A stretch of DNA of 64,000 nucleotides from Anolis carolinensis (taxonomy: Eukaryota). The DNA is taken from assembly GCF_035594765.1 (NCBI RefSeq), contig NW_026943845.1, positions 186,001 to 250,000 of the forward strand, given 5' to 3'. The translations under genes and the position numbers were made by a program. This document shows, in pieces, positions 38,146-49,318 of the stretch; the first letter of the stretch is position 1, and each line of letters begins with the position of its first letter. Below the pieces are notes generated by a model. That model was not told where the DNA came from and did not search any database. It saw only the letters and a list, made by a program, of their open reading frames with translations.

Positions 38146-39622
38146 ACACAACGACATTGTATGACACAGCAAACAAGATAGACATGCTGGATTTCATATC
38201 ACAAAATCACAAGTTGAACATCCCAAGCGTTTAGGACTGTGTGATGTATTTTCGGATGATGCGCGCAGATCCCAGTTGGGTGACCTTTTGCAGTTGGCAG
38301 ATCGTAATTTTGTCAATGTCTATTGTTTCCAAATGCCGGCTGAGATCTTTTGGCACAGCACCCAATGTGCCCATCACCACCGGGACCACCTGCACTGGTT
38401 TCTGCCAGAGTCTTTGCAGTTCAATCTTGAGGTCCTGATAGCGGCTGAGTTTTTCCAGTTGTTTTTCGTCAATGCGACTGTCACCTGGGATGGCGACATC
38501 AATGATCCAAACCTTTTTCTTTTCCACAACTGTGATGTCTGGTGTGTTGTGTTCCAGAACTTTGTCAGTCTGGATTCGGAAGTCCTACAGGATCTTTGCG
38601 TGCTCATTTTCCATTACCTTTTGTCACGACCCAGGCTGCAGAGCACCAATAACCATACACAGAGGCCAGAATCTATCTAATATCTTTATTGTAGGAATAT
38701 ATAAAGTTAATAAAAACAAGTGTAGAAAATAGTCCAGAATTAGACCTTTCAGGAAAGGTCAGAATTAGTCCAAAAAAGCAATGTCCAATAAGAAATATTA
38801 AGGTCCAAAGTTGTAATCCAATAACCGAAACACTCACTTTGCCAAGCAAAGTGAGGGGAGATGACAAGGTCCTTTAGTCCATGAAACTTGAGCGAGGCTA
38901 GGAAATAACTTGATACTTGAAACAAGGCTTGAACGTGGAACAAGGTAACTAAGAACAAGAACAAGGTCCGTGGAATAACTTGATAAATCCGTGGAACAAG
39001 GCAAGGATTGATCCTGGGAAACAAGGCAAAGTCCGTAGATAAACAAAGGCTGGGAAGCAAGGCGAAGGCTGGATAGCAAGGCAAGGCTTGAGCAGGAGCG
39101 AGGCTTGAACCGGAGCGCGCTGTCCAGACACAACTCGCTCCGTAGGCTGACGAATTGACTCCGCGAAGTTACTACGCGGGTAAAACACCTAAATAGAGTC
39201 TAGTTTCCCGCCGAAGCAGTTCTCTGGGAATCAGAACCGAAAGCTAACTCTGAGACCAGATGTGAGACTCCCCAAAGATTCTCACGAGAAACAGTCTTAA
39301 TTGGCCACATTCTTAGCTGCAATCCTCGCACTCCTGCGCGAAGCTGAATCTAAACTTCTCTGTTGTTTACAAAACTCCCGGCGCAAGAATACGGGAGAAG
39401 TAGGCTCTGGGCTTGTTTGACATACTTCTGGGAGACAACTTTCTTGCAGGTGCAAGGTTCCCAGATCTGCCTGGGAAAGATCTGGCTGAGAGGAATCCAG
39501 TTCAGACTGGGAAGGTAAAAAACCCAAGTTTTCATCTTCATCAGGAATTACAATGTCCTGAGCAGGACTACAAGGCCCATGAGTCATCACACCTTTGCAG
39601 GTTTGTGATCCCACCAGTTCTT
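38146..39622 (-). mobile_element. R4/Dong element 3' end (restriction-like endonuclease) split by a solo LTR
   Basis: HNTPDITVVEKKKVWIIDVAIPGD...EKLSRYQDL PD-(D/E)xK-type domain, 3' UTR running into (TAA)n; uninterrupted version of the junction at 16951-16990. Confidence 0.85.
38622..39591 (-). mobile_element. solo LTR
   Basis: TG...CA, 5-bp TSD CCTTT (38617-38621, 39592-39596). Confidence 0.9.
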
Positions 39623-39769
39623 TATTATTATTTTATTGTATGACACAGCAAACAAGATAGATATGCTGGATTTCGTTTTGCCACTTCTGTGACTGATTAT
39701 TATTATTAGAATCCATGATATCATGTACAGGTAAGGCAGTCTCCACCAAGGCCTCAGGGTTGGACCATC

Positions 39770-39811
<42 letters not shown>

Positions 39812-40305
39812 CATCATCATCAATAATAATAACAACAATTATCATAGAATCAGTGGACCCATGGCACCCCTGGGGATGGGTAGATGCCATAATCTGTTAA
39901 AAGAGAAAATCTGTATGTGTGTATGTGGCACAGGTGTCCGCTCTCTACAAACAGGCTCTAGTTCCCAGTGCTGGGGAGACACCAAGTTACTCCCTCCAAG
40001 GACATTGCAGGTTACAGCGAGCACATGCCAGAGTTCCTTTCTTTCTTCATTTGCATGACCCCGCCCACTGCCTCTCCCTTAACCTATTCCTGGGGAGAAG
40101 ATAGATCAGATAGATACGAGATAGATAAAATAAACAGATAGAAGTGTTTCTGGCTGCTTCAGAGTAACTGTTAGAAATCGGCCTAACTCCTACTTGACCG
40201 CATGCTGGAGCATCAACTCTGTATTGACTGGACATCTCTAGCGAGACGCTTGCAGATGAGTGATTCCAGTGGGGTTTGCTGAGGTTCCTCTTCTTCTTCC
40301 TTCAG

Positions 40306-40478
40306 GCCTCAGGAGCCCTTCTAGCAGGGACCGGGGGCCGTGGCCCGGATCGAGACCCGGCCATTGCGGCAGCGGAGACTCCGAGGAGCCAGGCCTTCCT
40401 CTGAGGAAGAGGAGGGGGCAGGAGGAGACCTTCTTGGCCGGATTCCCTCCCAGTCCGTCGCAAAGTGCGGCCAGAATG
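40306..40478 (+). CDS. PRR19: PRR19 second coding exon
   Basis: TTCTTCCTTCAG acceptor, phase 1 joins the previous exon in frame, ATG|GTAAGT donor. Confidence 0.75.
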
Positions 40479-40562
40479 GTAAGTGCCATTATAATAATAA
40501 TAATAATTCTGCCAACTCTCTGTTGGGCTACGATCTTGTCTTACGGTTGCGTCTCTGCGCAG

Positions 40563-41525
40563 GCGGCGGAGGGGCCGGACCAGAGAGAGCAAGGCCTTGA
40601 CTCCTTCCTCGGGGCAGACGCCAGCTTCCCTTCAGATGCAGTGAATCCCCTCCTTCTCCCTCGCTCTGCGTCTCCTCAACGGGCGAATCCCTTCAGAATC
40701 CCCTTGGTCTCTGACGAACCACGCGAGGCTGGACTCCCGCTCTCGCAAGGGTCATCGGAGGCTTTCTGGGGTCACAGAGGCCTCTCGGAGAGGCTCGAAG
40801 CGGCCGCCTCGCCCAGGAAAGCCATCTCCCGTTGGCGATGCTTGCCTTTCGCTGCCCGTCACTCCCTGGATTTATCGCATCTCGACGCGAACGGCTCCGA
40901 CCCTTTCCTCTCGACGGAGCCGCCGGGCGAGGAACGGAACCCGGACGTTATGTGGTTCTGTGGGACAGAACCCGCCCCGTCCCATGGTTCGCGCCTGCCG
41001 GATTTGGGGTCCCGGAACCCGGACTCCCAGACCTCCTTTGACGTCCTGAAGAGCATCTGGAGCCCCGAAACGGCCGCGGAAGGGCCGACCCCGCCCCGCA
41101 GGTCCCTCCTGGGTCGCCGGTTTCCGTCCTCCCAAGAATGGCAGCCCAAGGAGTTCCTCCAGCTCTACAGCCTCGTCCCGGAGCCAAACGGCACCGCCTT
41201 CTTGTCCCGGCCGAACCCCCAGCCGGAAGCAACGGGGAACGACTTCTTTCTTGCCCTCGCAAAGCCCCGAACACACTCCGCGGAGCCAACTTGGGGCCTG
41301 GCGCCACCCACGGAGGGAGGCCACGGGGACGACCTGGAGAGGCTGCTCCGGCGCCAGGGGTCCCGGCAGCACCTGCAGGCCTGCCAGCGGCTCCCCATGT
41401 CCTGCTTCCCCCCTTCAGAGGCCCTGGAAGAGGGCCGGGCCGACCCCAGCAGCTCCTTCCAAGGGCATCTGCTGGACCAGGCCAGCCCCGAACCCTGGGC
41501 CTTTCCCCGGATGAAGCTGTACTGA
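40563..41525 (+). CDS. PRR19: PRR19 last coding exon
   Basis: TSFDVLKSIW and terminal ASPEPWAFPRMKLY* match PRR19 FDLLKSIW and SPEAWSFPPMRLY. Confidence 0.9.
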   Translation, partial: AAEGPDQREQGLDSFLGADASFPSDAVNPLLLPRSASPQRANPFRIPLVSDEPREAGLPLSQGSSEAFWGHRGLSERLEAAASPRKAISRWRCLPFAARHSLDLSHLDANGSDPFLSTEPPGEERNPDVMWFCGTEPAPSHGSRLPDLGSRNPDSQTSFDVLKSIWSPETAAEGPTPPRRSLLGRRFPSSQEWQPKEFLQLYSLVPEPNGTAFLSRPNPQPEATGNDFFLALAKPRTHSAEPTWGLAPPTEGGHGDDLERLLRRQGSRQHLQACQRLPMSCFPPSEALEEGRADPSSSFQGHLLDQASPEPWAFPRMKLY

Positions 41526-41549
41526 GGGGGGGGGCTGGGCTACCCTCTC

Positions 41550-42140
41550 TGTGACCTGGAACGGCTCCAAACTCTCTCCTATGACCTGAAAGGACCCCTT
41601 AAGACTCTCCAGTGACCTCTAATGACCTCCCAAAACTCTCCTATGACCTGAAAAGACCCCTTCTATGACCTGAAAGGACCCTTTAAGACTCTCCTGTGAC
41701 CTGAAATGACCCCCCAAACTCTCCTATGACCTGAAATGACCCCCCAAAACTCTCCTATGATTTGAAAGGACCCCCAAAACTTCTATGACCTGAAATGACC
41801 CCCCAATACTCTCCTATGACCTGAAACGACCCCCAATACTCTCCTTTGACCTGAAAGGACCCCCTAAAACTCCTTTGACCTGAAATGACCCCCAAAATGT
41901 TTCTATGACCTGAAAGGACCCCCCAACTCTCTCCTATGACCTGAAACGACCCCCCAAAACTCTCCTATGACTTGAAAGAACCCCTTAAGACTCTCCTATG
42001 ACCTGAAATGACCCCCCAAAACTCCCTTATGACCTGAAAGGACCCTCAACACTTTCATGTGACCCTAAATTACCCCCCAAAACTCTCCTATGACTTGAAA
42101 CAACCCTCCCCGCAAAAGCTCTGTGACCTGAAAGGACCCC
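41550..42140. repeat. ~30-bp tandem repeat composed of DR4-like elements
   Basis: unit CTCCTATGACCTGAAATGACCCCCCAAAACT, ~19 copies. Confidence 0.9.
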
Positions 42141-42599
42141 TCAGTGCTCTCCTTTGCCTTTCCCCAAACTCTGGCCTTTCCAGATGTTTTGGACTTCAGC
42201 TCCCAGAATCCCCACTCACTGGCAACAGAGGCTTCTGGGAGTTGGAGTCCCAAAACAGCTGGGAAGGCCAGAGTTTGAGGATTTTGATCCCTTTTTTTTG
42301 TTCCTTTTAAGCTCATTTATTTAACTTCTGGGTGAAACAGTCTCTGGAGCCATTAATTGCCTTCCAAGGTGCAGGTAGGTGCCCCTCAGTAACAACGAAA
42401 GATAATATTGTTACTCGACTCCATTAAATTACTTACTTTCAATATGCTTTTTTGTCTCTACTTTGAGCAGGTTAATAGATTGTTGTTATTATTATTATTA
42501 TCATCATCATATTTTAAGAACATATTTTGTCTATATTTTTGAGTGAATTTATTATTATTATTATTACCACAATATTTTACGAATATTATTTTGTCTAAG

Positions 42600-43100
42600 T
42601 TTTTGAGTGGGTTAATAGACTATTATTAGATGCCAGATTATTATGAATAAGAATGAGAATAAGATGATGGTTATTGAATAAGAATGAATAAGAATGAGAC
42701 TGAGATGATGCTTGTTGTTGTTGTTATTACAGTAGGCTTTCAGTGATGGTTATTGAATAAGAATGGGGCTGAGATAATGGTTGTTGTTGTTGTTGTTGTT
42801 ATTACAACAGTAGGCTTTCAGTGAACCCATGAGGATATGTAGATGCCAGATTATTATTATGAATAAGAATGAGAATAAGATGATGGTTATTGAAGAAGAA
42901 TGAATAAGAATGAAAATGAGCTAATGGTTGTTGTTGTTGTTGTTGTTATTGTTATTATTATTATTACAACAGTAGGCTTTCAGTGAACCCATGAGGATAT
43001 GTAGATGCCAGATTATTATTATGAATAAGAATGGGAATAAGATGATGGTTATTGAATAAGAATGAATAAGAATGAGAAGATGGTGGTGGTGGTGGTGGTG

Positions 43101-43147
<47 letters not shown>

Positions 43148-43440
43148 AGTAGGCTTTCAGTGAACCCATGAGGATATGTAAATGCCAGCTTATTATTATG
43201 AATAAGAATGAGAATAAGATTATGCTTATTGAATAAGAATGAATAAGAATGAAAATGAGATTATGGTGGTTGTTGTTGTTGAGTCCATGGCACCCATAGG
43301 ATTGATAGATGTCATTGTTGTTGTTGTCGTTGTTGTCATTTTATAGTATTTTATTGCCCAAATGGCAGGAGTAATGATAATACAGTAGACTCCCAGTGAA
43401 CCCATGGCTCTCCTGTGGATGTGTAGATGCTGGATGATGA
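42600..43440. repeat. degenerate tandem repeat with microsatellite spacers
   Basis: ACAGTAGGCTTTCAGTGAACCCATGAGGATATGTAGATGCCAG repeated between GAATAA/GTT/TTA runs; related motif at ~37920, 38070 and 39850. Confidence 0.8.
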
Positions 43441-43924
43441 TGATGATGATTTCTATCAGTACAGTAGACTAAGTGATGATAAGTCTGGACTTATGTAAGT
43501 ACATCAACAGAACGGCCTTCTGACCTCGGATAGGAGGGCGGCTGCCGTCTGGTCTCGCTGCCAGAGCAAAGGCGGAAGGTTAATTAGTTAATGGCTTGAA
43601 GCGTTGGCTTTGGCCTTGCAATTAATACTCCTGCGAGAGAGAGTTAAGTATTTATGACTCCCCAGTGCCTTTTTTGCATTCTGAAACCCTTGCCAACATT
43701 ACTATGATGAAAGGCCTTAACAATATTTTACGATGCATCGATCTTCTGCGTTGACGTTGTGCGTATCCCTTTCCTGAGCACTGCTATTTTTTTGCGGACA
43801 ACAAATATGTAGGAGGGCTTCCTTCACAAGAGGCTCCTTGGTATTTTGTAATGTTTGTGTTTATTTACATGCTCGGTCAGGGTTGTCACCCCTGGATACA
43901 GAGGGAAAACCATAGATAATAATA

Positions 43925-44883
43925 CTAGCTGTGCCCGGCCACGCGTTGCTGTGGTATTGTCTGGTGGTGTTGGTGAGAAATTGTTGAGGTAGTGGTGGTA
44001 TTGAATGTGTGTTGTATGGTTGTCTTTATGTTTAGTATGCATTTGGTTGTTTGTGTACTGTGAAAGTGGTGACGATAGAGGTGGTCTATGTGCGGAGCAT
44101 AGCCCTCTAACTAGTAGTAATTGGATAAAAACAATTATTGCTCTCCCTCTAATTAGGACTTTATTTTTCTTTTCTCTTTGTTGTATCAACCTAGAGCCAT
44201 GGATGATGGGTTGTGTTGTCAAATTTCAAGGTTGGGGGGGCCTGTAGTTTTGTTGTTTTGTCCGGTGCCCTTATTCCATCACTCTTTTATATATATAGAT
44301 AATGATACTAGCTGTACCCGGCCACGCATTGCTGTGGCCTAGTCTGGTTCAATGGGAAAGAAAAGGATAGAGAAAGAGCAAGTTTCAGATATATGTGATT
44401 TCACAAGGCTTGTTGGCAGGCAATATTGTGCTTCCATTGTCTGTGCAGACATAGAGATTGTGTTGTGTGGTTTGGTGACTCTGGAACACACAACATATTA
44501 TTGTCCATGTGAGAAGCAATCTGTGTCTAGATGTAAACCGCAGAATTCTAAAAATTGCCCCTAGTGTAAATATAGATGGATGGATATAGATCTCCCTTGG
44601 GGAGAACGACAGGGGCGTGGCTTCCTTGTTGGCCACGCCCCCATGTTAACTCATTTGTAGAACAGCGGTTGTTGCTTGTTTGTCCAGCAGATGGCGCTTT
44701 GTGAATCAAAGCATAGTTTTACCTGTCTCAGGTGTGACAGGTGTGTAATTGTTGGTATGTGAATACTTTAAACACTCGCCAGTTCAAATGCGACGTTGTG
44801 TCCCAATTGCGAAGAAATCGGTGAAGTAGTTTGGAAAATATGAGGTCCCTCACAAACTGACATTACATTTTTATGTATATAGA
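43925..44883 (-). mobile_element. two adjacent non-autonomous Helitrons (43925-44299, 44308-44883)
   Basis: each begins on the plus strand with CTAGCTGT(G/A)CCCGGCCACGC and ends TATATAGA. Confidence 0.75.
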
Positions 44884-45898
44884 TAATATATATTTAATAT
44901 AGTGGCCGATGCTCTTTAGTTTTTACCCACTTTGGGTCCCTAGATGTTATTGGACAGCAACATCCATCCCTTGTGATGACCTGGGGATGATGGGAACTAT
45001 AGGAGCCCTTGTAATTCCAGGAGAGATGTGAAAGGACGTTGTAATGCCAGGAATCATATCCACAAGCCTTATATCTGAATCTGAAGCCCACAATGATCCT
45101 GTATCCCATCAGCTCTAATGAGAAGATGGGAGCTGTAGTCCAGCATCTGGAGGAGGGCCACATAGAATGATTCATGTGATGCAGATGGAAACAAAGCACA
45201 ACAACACTTGGCTGAACAGAAAAGAGTATTTCTCTCCTAAGTGTTTCTCTCTTGGCACATAACTGTATATCCTATCCCCCCTTATCGCACTACACTTCAT
45301 AGTACCATTACACCATGTAACAAAAATTGAAAAAATGTTCTGTTCCTGGTTTGAAAGTGTGCTTTCCTGTTTAATTGTGCGGAGCTTTCTCTGAAAGTAG
45401 TAGTTCTCCTCCAGAAACTTTGTCTTTGTGGCTGAATTGGTTGAAACTCTGTGAGATGTTCATTGAAAAACTAGAGCAAAACGTGCTGTAGCAGGATGTC
45501 CCTCCTGCAAAAACAAAAGTTTTTCCCATGTTTTGATGATAGAACCAAGTGGGAAATAATGACGTTCGGAACCCTGGGACAAAAACTGTGTTACATTGTG
45601 CTATTATTCCACTGAACGGAAGCCTGGGATTCAATGTTTTGGGGGAAAAGTATTGAGAACGATCCGGACTCCTCCTAACGTACAAACCTCAGGATTTGAC
45701 ATGGTATCTCCATGTCAACGAAAGCAGAGTCATGTCCTGTCGAAGGCTTTCACAGCCGGAATCACTGGGGTGTTGTGTGGTTTTCCAGGCTGTATGACCA
45801 CGACTGTACAACCGGTAAAACGCCCTGAAGCGGAATCATAACGAAGAGATAGTGGTAGTGCAAAGAGACCAAATGTGTGTTGGGGGGTCCCCATGTGG

Positions 45899-48397
45899 CT
45901 AGGATGCTATCTTGCCGACAGATTCCGGGACGGGCTTGCTGTCCTTCTCCGAGCCGTGTGTCGTCCTCCCTCCGTCCTCCTCCTCTTCCGTTGTCCCCGC
46001 CGCCAGCGCCATCCTCAGCTTGGCCCAGAACAGCTGCTGGGCCTGGGTCTCGGGGGGCCAGGTGACGTAGGTCTTCTTGAGCATCACCTTCCGCATGCGG
46101 TAGTAAGCGGAGAGCTCCCTCTCGGGGATCTCCTCCAGGAAGACGGGCACCAGGACATCCTTAAGCTCATCGAAGAGCCGGTAGCTGGCCAGCTGGATCT
46201 CCATGGAGCACCACTCGCTCCGCAGGTAGCTCCGGCTGATGACGCAGATGGTGTGCCGGCTGTTGTGGATGCTCTCCACGATGTTGTCGATGATGTACTT
46301 CCCCGGCTGGAAGTCCCGGTGGTGGAGGCAGAGCCGGAAGGCGGGGCTCCCGCCGGCCTCCAGGTTGGGCACCAGCTGCTCCAGCACCCAGCGCTCGTCG
46401 CAGGAGTTGTAGGAGACGAAGGCGTCGAAGCGGCAGCTCTCGGCCTTCCCGCGCCGCCAGCGGTCGCCCAGCCAGGCCCGCAGGACGTAGAAGCGGTACT
46501 TGAGCTGCCAATAGGTCCGGTGGTAGAGGAACGGGAGCAGCATCTGGAGCAGCAGGGCCGGGAAGGTGCAGGCGAAGAGGTAGAGGCCCACGTCCTCGTA
46601 GCAGACGTTGGTGTCAAAGCTGTAGACGAAGCTGCGCTCGCCTGAGTGGCAGGAGTAGTTGTACATGTACACCACGTGGACCTGGCTGTTGTTGAGCCAC
46701 TCCTGGAGCCAGACGTTGTCGCAGGTGCAGGTCAAGGGGCACTTGCGTAGGTCGAGGTACCTCAGCCCAACCAGCCGCTCCATCACGCTGCTGTTGGCGG
46801 TCTGGAGCTCGTTCTTGCCCAGCTGGAGGTTGCGCAGCTTGGTCAGGTTGCCGAAGACCTTCAGGGTCAGTGTTCGGAGGCCGGCGTTCTCCAGGTCAAG
46901 CGAGACCAAGTTGCGGAGGTTCTTGAAGATGCCGGGCGGGAGGTCGCCCATGCCGTTGCTGCTGTCCGCCATGTTCAGGCGCCGCAGCTGCCCCAGGTCG
47001 TCGAACGCGTCCGGCGCCACAGAGAGGATCTTGTTCTCCGAGAGGTAGAGGTCGCGCAAAGAGGTCAGGCCCTTGAAGAACCTGGGCGGGATGATTCCCA
47101 GGCCGTAGGGCTGCTGGGCCAGGAGCTTGAGGTCATAGAGTTTGTGCAGGTTCATGAACGGCGGTGGCCCGTCTGGCTTCATGCTGATGTAGTGAATCCT
47201 GTTGCCCATCAAGTCCAGCACTTGCAGCGTGTTCTGCACTGGGCTGAAGAAGCCGTGGCTGATCCTCTCAATACGGTTCCCGTCCAGGTAGAGGTTGGAG
47301 AGGTTCTTCAGCCCCTCGAAGGACGTGTTGGTCAGCTGGCGGAGGTTGTTCCCGCCCAGGTCCAAGATGCTGAGATTCCCGAGTTTGGTGAAGACGCCGG
47401 GGAAGAGCACCGAGACATGGTTGTTGCGCAGATTGAGCGTCCGGAGGTTGCCCAGGTCGCGGAAGGTGTCCTCGTAGATGTCGGTGAGGAGGTTGTTGTC
47501 CAGGCGCAGCTCGGTCAGCGCCTGCAGGCCCCACAAGGCCCGCCGGTCTAAGTAGGCCACGCTGTTGATGTTGAGGTGCAGCCGGTCCAGGTTGGGGGCG
47601 TAGCGGAACGCCCAGCCTCGGACGGAGAGGATGCGGTTGAAGCGGAACGAGACGAAGCGCAGCTGCGTCAGGACTTGGCCTTGGGAGCAGGAGCGCAGGC
47701 CGTTCAGCAGGTTGTGCTCCACGACCAGGGCCTTCAGCTGGCCCTGCGTGCTCGCGTTCAGCATCTCGCGCACACAGCCCACCGACTTGAGCCGGTTCCG
47801 GGAAAGGTCCAGCAGCAGGAGGGGAGGGCAGGCGGAGAAGGCGTTGTGGCTCACGTTCCTGATGTTGTTGCTTCGGAGGCTCAGGCTGCGCATGGGGCGC
47901 ATGGATTTCCCGAGGAGGCGGCACAAGTCGACGAGCTGCGAATATCTGTTCAAGCGCAAGCCGGAATAGTCCAAGTTATGAGTCCATGCGTCGGAAACGT
48001 TGACGACCTGGAAAACATCGATGTTGTTCCCCACCAGCTTCAAGTTGGTGAGGTTCCGGAGCTCAACTCTGGCGAACGAAGAAACGTCTGAGATATTGTT
48101 GTAAGAGAGGTCCAGCCATTTGACGTTCTGCAGGAAGCGTGGTCCATCACCGTCTAATCCGGATAAGGAATTGTTGCAGAGAGAGAGCTCCATCAAGGAA
48201 GCCGGGAGGCTCCGTTCTGACCGAAGCGAAGTCAGGTTGTTATTGCAGAGGTTCAGGCGCTCCATCTTCGGCAGCATCCAAAGGCTCTCGGCAACGTCCC
48301 CGAAGCTCCCCAAGTCATTGAACTGCAGCTCCAGTTCCAGAAGGTTCTGCAGCGGAGCAAAGGTGTCCGGGTGGAGAGTGTGCAAGCGGTTGTTGTG
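45899..48397 (-). CDS. TLR21: Toll-like receptor 21, second coding exon (LRRs, LRR-CT, TM, TIR)
   Basis: LxxLxLxxNxL repeats; TLR21-type segments SFRFNRIL, LYDLKLLAQQPYGL, ADSSNG, CPLTCTCDN; TIR FDAFVSY...LCLHHRDFQPG...SEWC; acceptor TTCTCCACAG ending at 48398. Confidence 0.95.
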   Translation of the reverse strand, partial: HNNRLHTLHPDTFAPLQNLLELELQFNDLGSFGDVAESLWMLPKMERLNLCNNNLTSLRSERSLPASLMELSLCNNSLSGLDGDGPRFLQNVKWLDLSYNNISDVSSFARVELRNLTNLKLVGNNIDVFQVVNVSDAWTHNLDYSGLRLNRYSQLVDLCRLLGKSMRPMRSLSLRSNNIRNVSHNAFSACPPLLLLDLSRNRLKSVGCVREMLNASTQGQLKALVVEHNLLNGLRSCSQGQVLTQLRFVSFRFNRILSVRGWAFRYAPNLDRLHLNINSVAYLDRRALWGLQALTELRLDNNLLTDIYEDTFRDLGNLRTLNLRNNHVSVLFPGVFTKLGNLSILDLGGNNLRQLTNTSFEGLKNLSNLYLDGNRIERISHGFFSPVQNTLQVLDLMGNRIHYISMKPDGPPPFMNLHKLYDLKLLAQQPYGLGIIPPRFFKGLTSLRDLYLSENKILSVAPDAFDDLGQLRRLNMADSSNGMGDLPPGIFKNLRNLVSLDLENAGLRTLTLKVFGNLTKLRNLQLGKNELQTANSSVMERLVGLRYLDLRKCPLTCTCDNVWLQEWLNNSQVHVVYMYNYSCHSGERSFVYSFDTNVCYEDVGLYLFACTFPALLLQMLLPFLYHRTYWQLKYRFYVLRAWLGDRWRRGKAESCRFDAFVSYNSCDERWVLEQLVPNLEAGGSPAFRLCLHHRDFQPGKYIIDNIVESIHNSRHTICVISRSYLRSEWCSMEIQLASYRLFDELKDVLVPVFLEEIPERELSAYYRMRKVMLKKTYVTWPPETQAQQLFWAKLRMALAAGTTEEEEDGGRTTHGSEKDSKPVPESVGKIAS

Positions 48398-49039
48398 CTG
48401 TGGAGAACGAGATATTTTATAAGTGTGAATTTTAATGAAAAGGGAAGTTTAAGAAGTTGGAAAAAGGAAAGATTGGGCCAAGCGACGGGACACGTAGGAG
48501 CTTTAGATCGGCAAGTGAAGGATCGGGCTGTTAAGTAGATAATGCTGTGTTAGGAATGCATTCTCTGTACATTCCATTGTGCATGACTGTGTGAAAATAC
48601 AGTTCTAATAGACATGTGGTCACAGCATATTCCACTGAAGTATTAAGCACTAGAGCCCTGAAACAATTTTTCACCACAAACCTCACTCTGTCCTGCTATC
48701 CAGTAAGTAGAAGTTTATTTAAAGAAGATATCTATAAAAATAAGCAAATTCAAAAAAGATCATCAAAGTTCAAAAGTTGATTTCTAAGACAGCGGAGAGT
48801 CCAAGATCCTTTCTAATACAATCTCCAGAAACAATCCACAAGTATATCCATAAACAAGAGAGCATGAATCCAAGGCAGGCAGCCTATGCCACGCAAGAAA
48901 CAAACCTAGAAGCTTGAATACATGAATTCCAAGAACTTAGGACTAAAACCTGAGAGCTGTTCACCTGAGTACAACAACGGATTGTACCAGCAGGAACCAC
49001 TTTAAAAGGCCTCAATCCCTCCCATAACATAATTTCCGG

Positions 49040-49280
49040 CGTTGTCCGTAGACACCTCCAAGGTCATGTGGCCACTGGCATGACTGCATGGAGCGCCGTT
49101 ACCTTCCCGCCGGAGCGGTACCTATTGATCTACTCACATTGGCATGTTTTTGAACTGCTAGGTTGGCAGGAGCTGGGGTTAACAGCGGGCGCTCATTCCA
49201 CTCCTGGGATTTGAACCTGGCACCTTTGTTCCGCAAGTTCAGCAGCTCAGCGCTTTAACACACTGTGCCACCAGGGGCCC
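49040..49280 (+). mobile_element. Sauria-type SINE (5' truncated)
   Basis: GGTCATGTGGCCA...GTTACCTTCCCGCCGGAGCGGTACCTATTGATCTACTCACATT...GAACTGCTAGGTTGGCAGGAGCTGGG recognised as the Sauria SINE body. Confidence 0.8.
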
Positions 49281-49318
49281 CTTATTTTTTATTTTATTTA
49301 CACAGCTATTTTACATAG

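Noticed and set aside
45875-48422. Antisense and alternative-frame ORFs over TLR21 (also over PRR19 and CD79A exon 2)
   Set aside because: Expected shadow ORFs of GC3-rich coding sequence.
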